Numbered from the stretch's first letter, positions 30,868-40,928 are shown. The stretch: DNA of 64,000 nucleotides from a virus (IMGVR_UViG_3300029448_000019:4155-68154), one strand, 5' to 3'. Made by a program: numbers and translations. Notes: a model not told the origin generated them from the letters alone.

Positions 30868-31020
30868 TTACCACGGTGTTATTCTATATCCAAAAGGATT
30901 AAATATTAAGTTTAATACCCAAAATATAAATATAAAAATAAGTATTTCAATTAAAAGTTGCAGCCATAAAGGTTGCTTTAATTTCCACTGTCTAAATTTA
31001 TTTTTACTTATTTTTTTCAT
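30868..31020 (-). CDS. small membrane protein (50 aa)
   Basis: Translated by hand: MKKISKNKFRQWKLKQPLWLQLLIEILIFIFIFWVLNLIFNPFGYRITPW. Confidence 0.55.
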   Translation of the reverse strand: MKKISKNKFRQWKLKQPLWLQLLIEILIFIFIFWVLNLIFNPFGYRITPW

Positions 31021-31022
31021 AA

Positions 31023-31991
31023 CTACCAAATATCTTCAAAATCTTCTCCTTCGTTAGCCTTCGAGTAATCAGTAGGCCTAACAGCAAAAAAATCAGTATG
31101 AGTGTGCCCCCCGGTAAGATGGTAGAACCAGTCAAGATTGCTTGCTGCGATTTCGTCAAATTCAAAGTGCTCCCGTTGGTTGCTGTAACCGAGCTCAACA
31201 ATTTTTTCGTTAAGCCTTTTTCTAATAAATTGCTTGAGATCGTAGGCTTTGAGGTTTTCAATGTCTCCAAGCTCAAACATTTTGTCAATATATTTTTCTT
31301 CTGCACCAAGCATTGCTGTGGCTGCTTTAATAACATCATTATAACAATCATTTTGTAAGTTAGGAATTTCGTCACACATATGTCTAAAGAGTTGACATCC
31401 CATTTTAGAATGTAACGATTCATCACGTACAGACCATTTCATTTGTTGTCCAATGCCCTTAAGCAAGTTTCTAAGCTGAAAAGAATAAAGCACAGCAAAA
31501 GCGGAATATAAAGATACTCCCTCAGCAAATGCGCTAAAGATGGCCAATGATCTTCCAATTCCCACAGAATCAGAACCGTCATAGGCAACAAGGTTTTCAA
31601 ATCGCTCTGCAGTAGCAGGTTCATGCAAAAATGCTTCAAAGTTTTCAAGTCCTAATGTTTCGTTTAAATAGCTGTAAGCAACAGCGTGAATTGTTTCTTG
31701 TGATCCAAACATCATAGCCATTTGTTGTATTTCATGTTTAGGAAACCAACCCACAACTTTTTGTGTCCAATAATCTGATACTGCACATTCTGTTTGTGCA
31801 AATCCTAATAATATATTTCCTACTAAGTTTTTTTCAGATTTAGTAAGTTTTTCATTCCAATCTTTAATATCACCTTGCATTGGTATTTCTGTATGCAACC
31901 AAAATGCTTGTGCTTGTTTCAGCCAACCATCTGTGTAATATTCAGGATATTCAAATGGCTTATACGGTATCCTTTGTTTGAATAGACTCAT
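31023..31991 (-). CDS. nrdB: ribonucleotide reductase class I beta subunit
   Basis: Dimetal ligands E68, E99xxH102, EG..LY..F and DESLH; radical Tyr106. Confidence 0.95.
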   Translation of the reverse strand: MSLFKQRIPYKPFEYPEYYTDGWLKQAQAFWLHTEIPMQGDIKDWNEKLTKSEKNLVGNILLGFAQTECAVSDYWTQKVVGWFPKHEIQQMAMMFGSQETIHAVAYSYLNETLGLENFEAFLHEPATAERFENLVAYDGSDSVGIGRSLAIFSAFAEGVSLYSAFAVLYSFQLRNLLKGIGQQMKWSVRDESLHSKMGCQLFRHMCDEIPNLQNDCYNDVIKAATAMLGAEEKYIDKMFELGDIENLKAYDLKQFIRKRLNEKIVELGYSNQREHFEFDEIAASNLDWFYHLTGGHTHTDFFAVRPTDYSKANEGEDFEDIW

Positions 31992-32181
31992 CTTTTTTCT
32001 TTTTATATTGTTCTTTTAATTCTTCTAAAGCCTTATCGTAATCAGGTAATTTTTTTACTAATTCCATTGTACCAATACTTAAATCTTTAAGATTAGTCAT
32101 TTCATTAATTACCCTTGTTAAAGCACTTCCTAACGCTTCAACTTTATTTTGCATTTCTAATAGTTTACTTTCCTTCATCAA
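31960..32181 (-). CDS. hypothetical coiled-coil protein
   Basis: Co-oriented overlapping ORF in the operon. Confidence 0.5.
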   Translation of the reverse strand: MMKESKLLEMQNKVEALGSALTRVINEMTNLKDLSIGTMELVKKLPDYDKALEELKEQYKKKKDESIQTKDTV

Positions 32182-32380
32182 AATAAATTTTTAGTGCTTC
32201 AATTCTATCGTCAGCATCAACTAACATTTGCAAAGCTTGTTCTGCATTTTTATAAAAATCATCTGTTGAATGATCTCCTATACCAGCAGCTTTTTCACTT
32301 AACAAATCTAAGCTGAGCATTGCTTTTGATTTATCTGCTTTTGCAGATTTTAATAACATATCATATAATTTTGAGTACAT
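32165..32380 (-). CDS. hypothetical protein
   Basis: GIGDHST motif; co-oriented ORF. Confidence 0.55.
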   Translation of the reverse strand: MYSKLYDMLLKSAKADKSKAMLSLDLLSEKAAGIGDHSTDDFYKNAEQALQMLVDADDRIEALKIYFDEGK

Positions 32381-32514
32381 CTTTACTTAATATTATAGGA
32401 CTTGCGTCCTTGTTGTATTTAACTGTAATAAATTTTTCTTGTTCTTTTATAATAACAGGTTTATTTTTAAACATTCTAGGATAATGTTTTCTAATATATT
32501 CTTCTAATGCTTCT

Positions 32515-32658
32515 TCATTCATAATGTATTGTTAAACATAATTCTATAAATGGTAAATAAAAAACATGTTCTGTAAATTTTTCTTCTTGGTAACTTCTTA
32601 TTCCTATAAGAACACCAGGATATAATCCTGCACTAAGTTCCCAACCTGTACTTTTCAT
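32515..32658 (-). CDS. hypothetical protein (47 aa)
   Basis: Translated by hand: MKSTGWELSAGLYPGVLIGIRSY...HVFYLPFIELCLTIHYE. Confidence 0.5.
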   Translation of the reverse strand: MKSTGWELSAGLYPGVLIGIRSYQEEKFTEHVFYLPFIELCLTIHYE

Positions 32659-32824
32659 CTAAATAATATTTTAACATTTTCATGTGCCAATTTATTCGCT
32701 CTTTATAATGATCCTTCAGACTGAATTCCATATCTTCTATGCAGCCTAATAATTTCTCCATACTTTATAATTTTTTTATTAAGAAGCTCTTTAATTTCTC
32801 TTTGTAAGAGCCTTCTATTATACA

Positions 32825-33286
32825 TTAATCTTGATTTCTTTTTCTCTGCTGCTTTATCAAATCCACTGTCCTGTCCACTTCTTTCTGATTTTGCGGTTTG
32901 TAAAGTGTCTTTCCAATATTGTTTTTCGTGAGCCATAATTTAAATAATTTCCATCTTATAGGAAAAGACTCATTGGCTCTTCCTTTACATTCTATTATAT
33001 AGTCTTTACCAACAAAATCAGGTGTATATTTTATACCTAATATTTTTTTTTGGCCTCTATCAACATATTCACCTTTACCATTAGCTTGTTTTTCATATGA
33101 TATATTATTAAAATTAAAGCCTTTTATAAGTTGAAACACTTCGTTTTCGTAACCTTCAAATAACTTTGCTTTTTTTAAAGCCATATAGGTATATCTTTCA
33201 AGACCAGATGCAAATTTAATTCCATCATAAGATATTTTTTTTGCTTGTACTGGGCCTTTCTTTTTAGATCTTCTTTTTAATCTCAT
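32825..33286 (-). CDS. PD-(D/E)xK endonuclease, T7 endonuclease I-like resolvase
   Basis: FASGLE, YTPDF and IIECKG motifs; ATG at 33286 overlaps the upstream stop. Confidence 0.75.
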   Translation of the reverse strand: MRLKRRSKKKGPVQAKKISYDGIKFASGLERYTYMALKKAKLFEGYENEVFQLIKGFNFNNISYEKQANGKGEYVDRGQKKILGIKYTPDFVGKDYIIECKGRANESFPIRWKLFKLWLTKNNIGKTLYKPQNQKEVDRTVDLIKQQRKRNQD

Positions 33287-33561
33287 GTGGTATCTTGTGT
33301 CCAATAATTAGATTCAGGATAACGACTTATACTTTTTGAATCACGTATATAACATTCTTCAACTTCATCTTGTAATACAGATCTGGCTTTTTCAATATAG
33401 TTAACAGCATCCATAAGTTCTTCTTGTAAATGATTAAGCCATGTATCAAGTGTTTGTTCATCTTTATCTAAACCAACACCGTATTTTTTATAACCAGCTT
33501 CAGAACGTTTTAAAATCTTTTCAATTACACTTCCTATTATTTTATCTTTTCTAGCGCTCAT
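33283..33561 (-). CDS. all-alpha NTP pyrophosphatase-like protein
   Basis: G..KYG and HLQEELMDAVNY motifs. Confidence 0.55.
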   Translation of the reverse strand: MSARKDKIIGSVIEKILKRSEAGYKKYGVGLDKDEQTLDTWLNHLQEELMDAVNYIEKARSVLQDEVEECYIRDSKSISRYPESNYWTQDTT

Positions 33562-33563
33562 AT

Positions 33564-34334
33564 TTAATTTTTTATAAATGTTCCATTAATCATTTTACCT
33601 TTTCTATCACGTATTTCATTATAAGCATGTTCAATACACTCCTCAATTGCAAACCCTTCTAAAGCAGCTAAATTAGTAAGCACAACAATCATATCACCAA
33701 TAGCATCTTTTATTTCATCTTTATTTTTTTTTAGTAAGCCTTCAGCAAGTTCACCTGCTTCTTCCATTAATTTTATATATTGAGTTTTACTATCACCTTT
33801 TTCTATAATACCTCTTTCATTAGCCCAGTTGCGTATATTATCAAAATTATCTTTTGATTCATATTTTTGGAATGCTCCCGCTTCGGACATTGCTTTATTG
33901 TATGTATAGCAAGTTGACGGGCCATACTGGCTTTGATTAACGTTACTCAACACCCAATCAATTTTATCTTGTGAGTCTAATATAAATTTACCATAAGATG
34001 TTTCAATTTCCATATCAGCTAAAAAACTTGCATTAATATTTTTAGTGGATATTTTATATGTTGTTGTTGCTTCGGATGAACTGTGTTTACTCATATTTTT
34101 TTTAAATAAATCTTTATATAATTTTAAGTCTTCTTTGTATCCTAAATCTTTTTGTAAAAGTTTTTCAGCTTTTGAAGCCTCACCTATATCATCTGTTTCA
34201 TATAAAATTTCATATTCACCCGGTTTAAAACCTTGCTCTTGTTCAACACGCTTTTTAATGTTTGTTGTACAACCAATCTTTTTGCCAAGGATATGATATA
34301 TTTTATACTTACCTTTTTTAATAGTTGTTTCCAT
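33564..34334 (-). CDS. GIY-YIG-like domain fused to MazG nucleotide pyrophosphohydrolase
   Basis: N-terminal KIY..KIGCTTNIKKR...EA...E; C-terminal KLMEEAGELAE...DAIGD..VVL. Confidence 0.75.
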   Translation of the reverse strand: METTIKKGKYKIYHILGKKIGCTTNIKKRVEQEQGFKPGEYEILYETDDIGEASKAEKLLQKDLGYKEDLKLYKDLFKKNMSKHSSSEATTTYKISTKNINASFLADMEIETSYGKFILDSQDKIDWVLSNVNQSQYGPSTCYTYNKAMSEAGAFQKYESKDNFDNIRNWANERGIIEKGDSKTQYIKLMEEAGELAEGLLKKNKDEIKDAIGDMIVVLTNLAALEGFAIEECIEHAYNEIRDRKGKMINGTFIKN

Positions 34335-34644
34335 ATAAATTTATTAAATAGTATTCGTTATCTTGCCCTTTAATAATAGCCTTACCTATTTTTTCTTGAA
34401 AAATATTTAAGTCAATATTAAAATTATTTTCTCTATATAGATCATAATTATAAACAGCATCATAATCCGATGGTGCATCTATTACATCTTCTACTGTTAC
34501 TTCAGATACATTGTACAAAAAATCAACACTTTTTCCTACAATTTCATATTCATTTCCATTTACAAACAATGTTTCTCTACTAAATGTTTGTTGCATTTGG
34601 CCATAACTTAATAATGGCAATAATAATAATAATATTTTTTTCAT
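34318..34644 (-). CDS. secreted hypothetical protein
   Basis: Signal peptide MKKILLLLLPLLSYGQ. Confidence 0.5.
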   Translation of the reverse strand: MKKILLLLLPLLSYGQMQQTFSRETLFVNGNEYEIVGKSVDFLYNVSEVTVEDVIDAPSDYDAVYNYDLYRENNFNIDLNIFQEKIGKAIIKGQDNEYYLINLYGNNY

Positions 34645-34646
34645 AA

Positions 34647-35471
34647 TTATGTATTTAATTTTGCTTTAATTGGTGGGTGTGGATCATATCCTGAAATATG
34701 CACCATACTTTTTATTGGTATTCTTAAAAATCCTCCAGCTCCTTCAATAATATTAAGTCCAAAATCGACGCTAACAGAAGGAAGTTTGCGGAAATTACGG
34801 GATAGCTGTTGTTCCACTTGATTGTAGTGATTACTGTAAATATGACAATCACCAAGGGAAGCAATGAGCCTACCGGGCGTATAATCTGTTCCTTTACAAA
34901 GCATAAGTAATAATAAACCATACATTGCAATATCATAAGGAAGCCCAAGAAAAATATCAACTGATCGCTGTTGCCAACATAAATCCATTTTTCCATCATT
35001 TATATATATTTGAAAGCCGTAATGGCAAGGAGGTAACACCATATCATCCATATCATTGGGATTCCATAAGCTTGCCATAATGCGCCTTGAGCTCGGTTCT
35101 TGTTTAATTTTGATGAGTATATTTTTAAGTTGATCAACACCATTAAAGTTCCGAAGCTGGTGCCCATAAACAGGGCCAAGCGTGCCATCAGTCCTATTTG
35201 ATCTATTATAATCAGCATCCCAATAAGTAACACCATTGTCACGTAGATACTTAAGATCAGTACGCCCTTGTAATATCCATAATAATTCCGTAACTGCATG
35301 ATCAAAATATATTTTTTTAGTTGTTAATAATGGAAAACCAAGCGCCATATCATGATATAACATTCTTCCAAATACAGATTTAGTTCCCGTATTTGTTCTA
35401 TCTGGCTTAAATGTTCCTCCATAAAATGTACCTGATAATAATCCTCTATACTCTTCTTGTATGCTTATCAT
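34647..35471 (-). CDS. thyA: thymidylate synthase
   Basis: FPLLTTKK, LGPVYG, SRR, LPPCH, QRSVD, GDCHIY. Confidence 0.95.
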   Translation of the reverse strand: MISIQEEYRGLLSGTFYGGTFKPDRTNTGTKSVFGRMLYHDMALGFPLLTTKKIYFDHAVTELLWILQGRTDLKYLRDNGVTYWDADYNRSNRTDGTLGPVYGHQLRNFNGVDQLKNILIKIKQEPSSRRIMASLWNPNDMDDMVLPPCHYGFQIYINDGKMDLCWQQRSVDIFLGLPYDIAMYGLLLLMLCKGTDYTPGRLIASLGDCHIYSNHYNQVEQQLSRNFRKLPSVSVDFGLNIIEGAGGFLRIPIKSMVHISGYDPHPPIKAKLNT

Positions 35472-35739
35472 AGTAATATTTACACATTAAATAATATTCT
35501 TTCCATATACTTTTTCTATCATATACATTAGGTGAAACATAACCTTTTTCTCCTTTTTTATATGGTCCTAATCTTACTTCTATATGCCAGTTATTAGGAT
35601 CTTTATAAATACCCATTGGTGATATTCTTATATCATTTTTAACACAATAATTATACCACTTTAATTCATTTTCATTTGCAAGATACTGCGGTAATGAATA
35701 ATTATCTCTTTTTTTTCTACTTTTTAATCCACTTCCCAT
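35446..35739 (-). CDS. hypothetical protein
   Basis: Co-oriented ORF overlapping both neighbours. Confidence 0.5.
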   Translation of the reverse strand: MGSGLKSRKKRDNYSLPQYLANENELKWYNYCVKNDIRISPMGIYKDPNNWHIEVRLGPYKKGEKGYVSPNVYDRKSIWKEYYLMCKYYYDKHTRRV

Positions 35740-37433
35740 GGCATAATGTTGTTTGTTACATCTACAATAGGTATATAGTTACCACTTATATGATCCCATT
35801 TAAAATGAGCTTCAGCTTGATTCTCTCCTAAATTTTGAAATTTAACTTTTAAAACTTTTACTTTAACAGTTTTCTTTTCATAATTGCGGTGTACTAATAA
35901 CCCATGATAACTTGCATCATACCATTCTCCTCCACCTTTAATATTATACATGTTAGGTTCATCTAAAGTGCCATCATCTTTTTTATACATTTTAGTAGGG
36001 TGTGCAACAACTATAACAAGCACGTCGTATTTTTTAGCAAAAGCTTCTATACGAGTTAAATACTCCATTGTAGCATCAGGTATACTCATAGCTGCAGCTC
36101 CATTCATTTTAACTTTATTGTAAGGGTCTATAACCAAACACTTTATACCTTTTCTTTTAACAAGCTGTGCTCCTTTACTTAATACAGAATCTAAATCATA
36201 TCTTTCATTTTCAATAAAAAAGAAATTATCATTTATAACATTTGATACTTCTTCCCATTTAGTTGTATTAATATCTTCTTTAGTTGGCATCCAATCACCA
36301 ATTTTACGCATTAATTTATGTGCATGTAAAAATGTAGGTTTATTTTCAGGCGATGCAAATGCTGTTTTCCAACCATACTTTAATTGGTATCCCACCACCA
36401 TTCTATCAACAAAATCAGACTTACCAGAACTAGGCACACCTGTAACGGTAATAAACTGCCCTGTGTAAGTACTGAATATGCTATCAAAGTTATCAAGACC
36501 GATTTGATACCCCGGTTTAAAACCTTCTTCAATAAATTCTTGTAATTCATCATCTACATCTTTTAATGTTAAAACGTTTTCAATAGGTACTGCACTAGCG
36601 TTTTTAATAACATCAGAGAGCATATTCCTGCTGTTATGTATGAGAAATTCATTAGCGTCTTTGTAAACTCCGAAATCACACGTATAGCATGCTTCTGCTC
36701 CGAGTCTCCGAATAAGTTCTTGCTTAAGATTTTCTCCTGCCTCATCTTGATCAACTGCGAGTATGATTTTTTCTTTGTTTTCGAAATAATCAATGCAATT
36801 GTCAAGGTACTCAAGATTGTTATTACTAACTGTAGCTCCGTTTGGTACGGATATAACAGAAGATATACCAGCTTCAACAAAAGATAAAGCATCCATCTCA
36901 CCTTCCACAATAACCATATAGTCATGGCCAACAGTGGAATCAATATTATAAAATATCTTTTCTGCTCCTTTAACAAGTTTAAAATTTTTCTTACCATCTC
37001 TATACTTTATGTTAATTAGTTCATTATTAATAAAGTAATTGAATTGTATTGTATTTTCTTCTTTACCTGTTTGAGGCATAAATTCTTTACCCTCTGTAAT
37101 TTTCATTTTTACAAGAGTGTTATTAGAAATACCTCTACCCTCAAACCATTTAATAACTTTATTACTTAATAATGGATTGGCTATTTGTTTTGGTTTATTA
37201 TAAACCTTATCATTACCACCTTTACGCTTAAATGTATGTAATTGAAATACTTCATTACAATTCATACACGTTCCGAGCCCGCGTTCCCAATCGTACATTG
37301 CACATTTTGCTTTGCGATTTTCTGGTTTTCTATTAGAAGAACAAAGAGGGCATACACCCTCTTTCTTCCCAACAATCAAATCGTATTGATTGAACTTATC
37401 AATCTGAAAACCGTTTATCTCGGTTGTATTCAT
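35724..37433 (-). CDS. primase-helicase (T7 gp4/Twinkle-like)
   Basis: Zn finger CPLC..CMNC, TOPRIM VEGEMD / DQD, SF4 helicase GVPSSGKS, VIDPY, VAHP. Confidence 0.9.
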   Translation of the reverse strand: MNTTEINGFQIDKFNQYDLIVGKKEGVCPLCSSNRKPENRKAKCAMYDWERGLGTCMNCNEVFQLHTFKRKGGNDKVYNKPKQIANPLLSNKVIKWFEGRGISNNTLVKMKITEGKEFMPQTGKEENTIQFNYFINNELINIKYRDGKKNFKLVKGAEKIFYNIDSTVGHDYMVIVEGEMDALSFVEAGISSVISVPNGATVSNNNLEYLDNCIDYFENKEKIILAVDQDEAGENLKQELIRRLGAEACYTCDFGVYKDANEFLIHNSRNMLSDVIKNASAVPIENVLTLKDVDDELQEFIEEGFKPGYQIGLDNFDSIFSTYTGQFITVTGVPSSGKSDFVDRMVVGYQLKYGWKTAFASPENKPTFLHAHKLMRKIGDWMPTKEDINTTKWEEVSNVINDNFFFIENERYDLDSVLSKGAQLVKRKGIKCLVIDPYNKVKMNGAAAMSIPDATMEYLTRIEAFAKKYDVLVIVVAHPTKMYKKDDGTLDEPNMYNIKGGGEWYDASYHGLLVHRNYEKKTVKVKVLKVKFQNLGENQAEAHFKWDHISGNYIPIVDVTNNIMPWEVD

Positions 37434-37435
37434 AT

Positions 37436-37747
37436 TTAAAATGGTAAATCTGGTTCCTGAGCTATTGATTGTAATACTTCAACGTTTGACTGTTGTGGTT
37501 TATCTGCTGTTGAAACATTTTCTCCATCAGTCCACACAACTTTTACGTTACCTAAATAACTTTTAGCTTCTTTAGCCTCACGCTGCTCTTTGGTTTGTTC
37601 AGTCATAATATAACCTGAATCACCATATTCACCAACCTCGTTGTTTATAACAACGGTAACGGGATAATACTTTCCTTTCTTACCCTCGTAAATTTTAGAT
37701 TTATCTAACTTAGATAAATTAATATTTCCGGATATAATACTTGCCAT
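37436..37747 (-). CDS. putative single-stranded DNA-binding protein
   Basis: Small beta protein with DLPF C-terminus, between exonuclease and helicase. Confidence 0.6.
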   Translation of the reverse strand: MASIISGNINLSKLDKSKIYEGKKGKYYPVTVVINNEVGEYGDSGYIMTEQTKEQREAKEAKSYLGNVKVVWTDGENVSTADKPQQSNVEVLQSIAQEPDLPF

Positions 37748-37914
37748 TAGTATGTAGCTATTTGATTAAACATTCTTCTTAACTGATCTTTATTAGCACC
37801 AGTTGCTCTCCTCAGGTTATCTACTGCTTTCACATGTGTGTGATTAGAATAGAAATTTCCTGTACTGGTTGTAACACCAGTTACGTCACAAGTCATTTTT
37901 TTTGTTCTTGGCAT
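37747..37914 (-). CDS. hypothetical protein (55 aa)
   Basis: Translated by hand: MPRTKKMTCDVTG...HVKAVDNLRRATGANKDQLRRMFNQIATY; coupled to the SSB start. Confidence 0.55.
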   Translation of the reverse strand: MPRTKKMTCDVTGVTTSTGNFYSNHTHVKAVDNLRRATGANKDQLRRMFNQIATY

Positions 37915-37930
37915 AATAATTAAATTTAAA

Positions 37931-38662
37931 TTAAAGAGTTTTATTTATATAGTATTGGCTTAAATCCATACCATCACCTGCAAAAAATTCATTATATGAT
38001 TGTACAGCTTTAGCCACTTTATTTTGTCCTGATTGCAAAAACTCCTCACTACAATCGAACAAACCTAATTGATGTGTATTTTTATCTACAACAACAAATA
38101 CAAGTTCATAACCAAACATTTTAGAATATATATAAGCTTGGCTATCATAATTAAATTTATAAGCCGAGCTATGAAAAGAATTTATGTTACTAGTAGTTTT
38201 TAAATCTACCAAAAGCTGATTTGTATGATTTATTATATCAGCTTTACCTTTCCATAATAACCCTTCTAAATCAATTATTCCGGGTTTTTCATATTCTATA
38301 TTGCCTTCTTGTATAAGGTCTTTAAATAAATCTACACTCAATACTTTTTCTCTCATAAGTTGTATTTCATCTGCTTCTTTTTCTAACAAACAAATATCTC
38401 CTTCTGACAGTTCTTTATACATTTTAGTATTTCTACTTGATGATTCTATTATTTTATATTTATCTAACTTGTTAGGTTCCAATATACAAGTATGAAAATA
38501 ACCTCCAATCACTAGTGCCGGACTGGGTTTTAACGGCTTTTTAAACTCAAGAGGATTGTAAAGTAATGAACTAATATCACTATTTGATAAAAACTTTTTA
38601 CCAAAATCACCATAATATTGTTCATCATCTCTGAGCTTTTCAATTATTTCAGTTTTATCCAC
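37931..38662 (-). CDS. RecE/exonuclease VIII-like PD-(D/E)xK nuclease
   Basis: LSNSDI, G.YFHTCILEP, KGKADII, VDLKTT, YDSQAYIY. Confidence 0.8.
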   Translation of the reverse strand: MDKTEIIEKLRDDEQYYGDFGKKFLSNSDISSLLYNPLEFKKPLKPSPALVIGGYFHTCILEPNKLDKYKIIESSSRNTKMYKELSEGDICLLEKEADEIQLMREKVLSVDLFKDLIQEGNIEYEKPGIIDLEGLLWKGKADIINHTNQLLVDLKTTSNINSFHSSAYKFNYDSQAYIYSKMFGYELVFVVVDKNTHQLGLFDCSEEFLQSGQNKVAKAVQSYNEFFAGDGMDLSQYYINKTL

Positions 38663-39251
38663 TGACTAATTCAGCTCTTGCTTCTTTAGTTATTGTATAT
38701 TTTTCTTCTAATGTTTTCATCATACCACCATTAGATAAAAACTTTCTAGCCTGATCTATATTCTTGTTGTCTATAACAGGTTTAGCAGAACTTTTACCTT
38801 TTGGTATTTCATTAAATTGTAATTTTTGTTTAATAGGCTGTTTGTCATGTGTATTACTTCCGTCTGCATCAACAGTATCATCAATTAATAATAAATTACC
38901 TAAAGCATATTTTTTACCATACGATGATGCGCTACCAAATCTTTGTGGCATTTGTTGGCCTTTAGCATTAAGATCAACACCAACTATTGCGGTAGCATCA
39001 ATAAAGTCATCTGACTCATTATCTACTATTGTAGCAGTTGAATGTATGATAGGAAAATCAACGCCCATTACAGTTAAATTTTCTTTTACTGTAAAATGTA
39101 CATTATATTTTTTATTATAAGGTTTTAATGCCTCTAATATATCTTCAGCTGATCTGAAGTTATACTTTCCAAATGAATTATATCTTGATTTTTTAGATTT
39201 AAATTCATTCTGTATCGTACTCAGTTTTTCTTTTAAGTTCATTAGATTCAA
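38655..39251 (-). CDS. ERF-family ssDNA annealing protein
   Basis: YNFRSAEDILEALKP and GSASSYGKKYALGNLL..DD..DAD motifs. Confidence 0.85.
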   Translation of the reverse strand: MNLMNLKEKLSTIQNEFKSKKSRYNSFGKYNFRSAEDILEALKPYNKKYNVHFTVKENLTVMGVDFPIIHSTATIVDNESDDFIDATAIVGVDLNAKGQQMPQRFGSASSYGKKYALGNLLLIDDTVDADGSNTHDKQPIKQKLQFNEIPKGKSSAKPVIDNKNIDQARKFLSNGGMMKTLEEKYTITKEARAELVSG

Positions 39252-39330
39252 TTATTTTATAATTAACATAAATTCCATTTCTATAATAAGTAATAATACC
39301 ATCACCTATTACGTATTCTGTGTTTTCATC

Positions 39331-39367
39331 TATACTATCACGTTCTTTCATATTTTGTAACGTACTT
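39331..39367 (-). promoter_or_regulatory. phage promoter copy (AAGTACGTTAC-N15-GTGATAGTATA)
   Basis: Conserved bipartite motif upstream of the ERF/replication operon. Confidence 0.75.
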
Positions 39368-39821
39368 ACTTAAGTAAATCGTAGATAATACCTTTCTTTT
39401 TAAATAATCTACGATGCTTAATATCATGTGTCTTACCAAATATGGTGAATGCATCATTGTTTGATTCAACGTTTTTATAAATTTTTTTTTCAGTATTAAC
39501 ATTTTTACCTGATAATCTGTCTGTTTTAATAGCAATATATTTAGAGCCGGACACGGCTTTAACATGACTTGCAGTATAATTAGGGTTTTTAAAATTAAGA
39601 TTTTGATCCTTATGAGAGGATTCAGAATTATCTCTTCTTATATATTGCATCTCATCTATAATAGACGGTACTAATTGATATTTAGTTTTAAATTTATTCA
39701 TAAAGTACATAATAATTATAGTGCAAAATATAATATTTGGGACATTAATCACGATAAATTTGTAAATGTTTTTCTGCAAAGTTATGGACTTCTGATGAAC
39801 TGCGTATATCGTGTATAGCAA
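39366..39821 (-). CDS. hypothetical protein (true start probably near 39701)
   Basis: ORF downstream of the sigma gene; the annotated 5' part overlaps sigma. Confidence 0.45.
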   Translation of the reverse strand: MLYTIYAVHQKSITLQKNIYKFIVINVPNIIFCTIIIMYFMNKFKTKYQLVPSIIDEMQYIRRDNSESSHKDQNLNFKNPNYTASHVKAVSGSKYIAIKTDRLSGKNVNTEKKIYKNVESNNDAFTIFGKTHDIKHRRLFKKKGIIYDLLK

Positions 39822-40527
39822 CGAAATGTGCTAACTCTTTGAGTGCCTGCATGTTATTTTTTATTTTTATTAATAATCTTTGTTTTTGTTTTTTTACATT
39901 TTCCATTGGCATACTAAAAAATTTTGCTATCTCTGCTATCTTCTTAGGTTTGGAATAAATATCATCAATACCATATAACATCTTTAACATTAAATGATAT
40001 TTAGGTAAATGCTTTCTGGCCCATTCATTTATATACTCACTTAATATTTCATAATCATATTCATATATTTCTTCTTCAACCATATTAATTATATCAGTAT
40101 CAAACCATTGAGGAAACAAAGCTGTAATATAACCAAATCCTCCGGATATTCTTTTCTTTTCTTTATTATCCCATATACCTTTAACAGGTAGATTAACACC
40201 GTCTGCATCTTTTTTAATACGATCTCTTACAATACCCGTAATACTTTTTTTAAGATATTTAGATAAAGCTTTTTGTTTATCAACTTTATTTTTTATATCA
40301 TTTATAATAGGCCATTTAATATTACGCCATGATATAAGTAAAGCCAAATAACCTTCCTGAGTTAAATCATTAAGGTCTAGTACACCAATTGCATTGTATT
40401 CTTTAGAAAAACTATTAGCAATATTAGATGCCATTTTATAATATTCAATAGGTATTTCATGTTGAGGTAAATGCAATGCAGTGTCCTGCATATTTAAAGA
40501 ATATATTTTTTTATTAAAATTTTTCAT
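39745..40527 (-). CDS. sigma70-family RNA polymerase sigma factor
   Basis: Region 2 DLNDLTQEGYLAL..LSKYLKKSITGIVRDRI; region 4 LKMLYGI..KIAEIAKFFSMPMENVKKQKQRLL. Confidence 0.8.
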   Translation of the reverse strand: MKNFNKKIYSLNMQDTALHLPQHEIPIEYYKMASNIANSFSKEYNAIGVLDLNDLTQEGYLALLISWRNIKWPIINDIKNKVDKQKALSKYLKKSITGIVRDRIKKDADGVNLPVKGIWDNKEKKRISGGFGYITALFPQWFDTDIINMVEEEIYEYDYEILSEYINEWARKHLPKYHLMLKMLYGIDDIYSKPKKIAEIAKFFSMPMENVKKQKQRLLIKIKNNMQALKELAHFVAIHDIRSSSEVHNFAEKHLQIYRD

Positions 40528-40928
40528 TTACGTTTTTTTCTAAAAGGCTTTTGTATTTCCTTTATTTTATCACGTATTTTAAAAATGTTATTCCTTATTA
40601 AATGTTTATATATCTGTAACCTGCTCATAACCAATTAATTATAATATTTATTGATATTAATATATTTGTAATGATAGCCTGCATTATTAATAATGTACGT
40701 ACAAAGGCAACAGAGTCTGCATTATCTGTTGCTTTTTCTCCTAAAGCTTTAGCCCATATCCTCCAATACTTCATATAACATCATTCATATTGCATTCATC
40801 AAACCATTCCCATTCCGTATATAGAGGAAATTGAGCTAAAAGTTTGTTTATAATATCTTCTTGTACATGCAAAGATACATCGGTATTTATTAAATATACC
40901 TCGTTTTGTATAACAATTTTACCTAAGC

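Noticed and set aside
37882-37892. TACGTCAC and TACGTTAC (37544) partial promoter boxes on the + strand
   Set aside because: There is no second box at 15 nt, and they are antisense within coding sequence.
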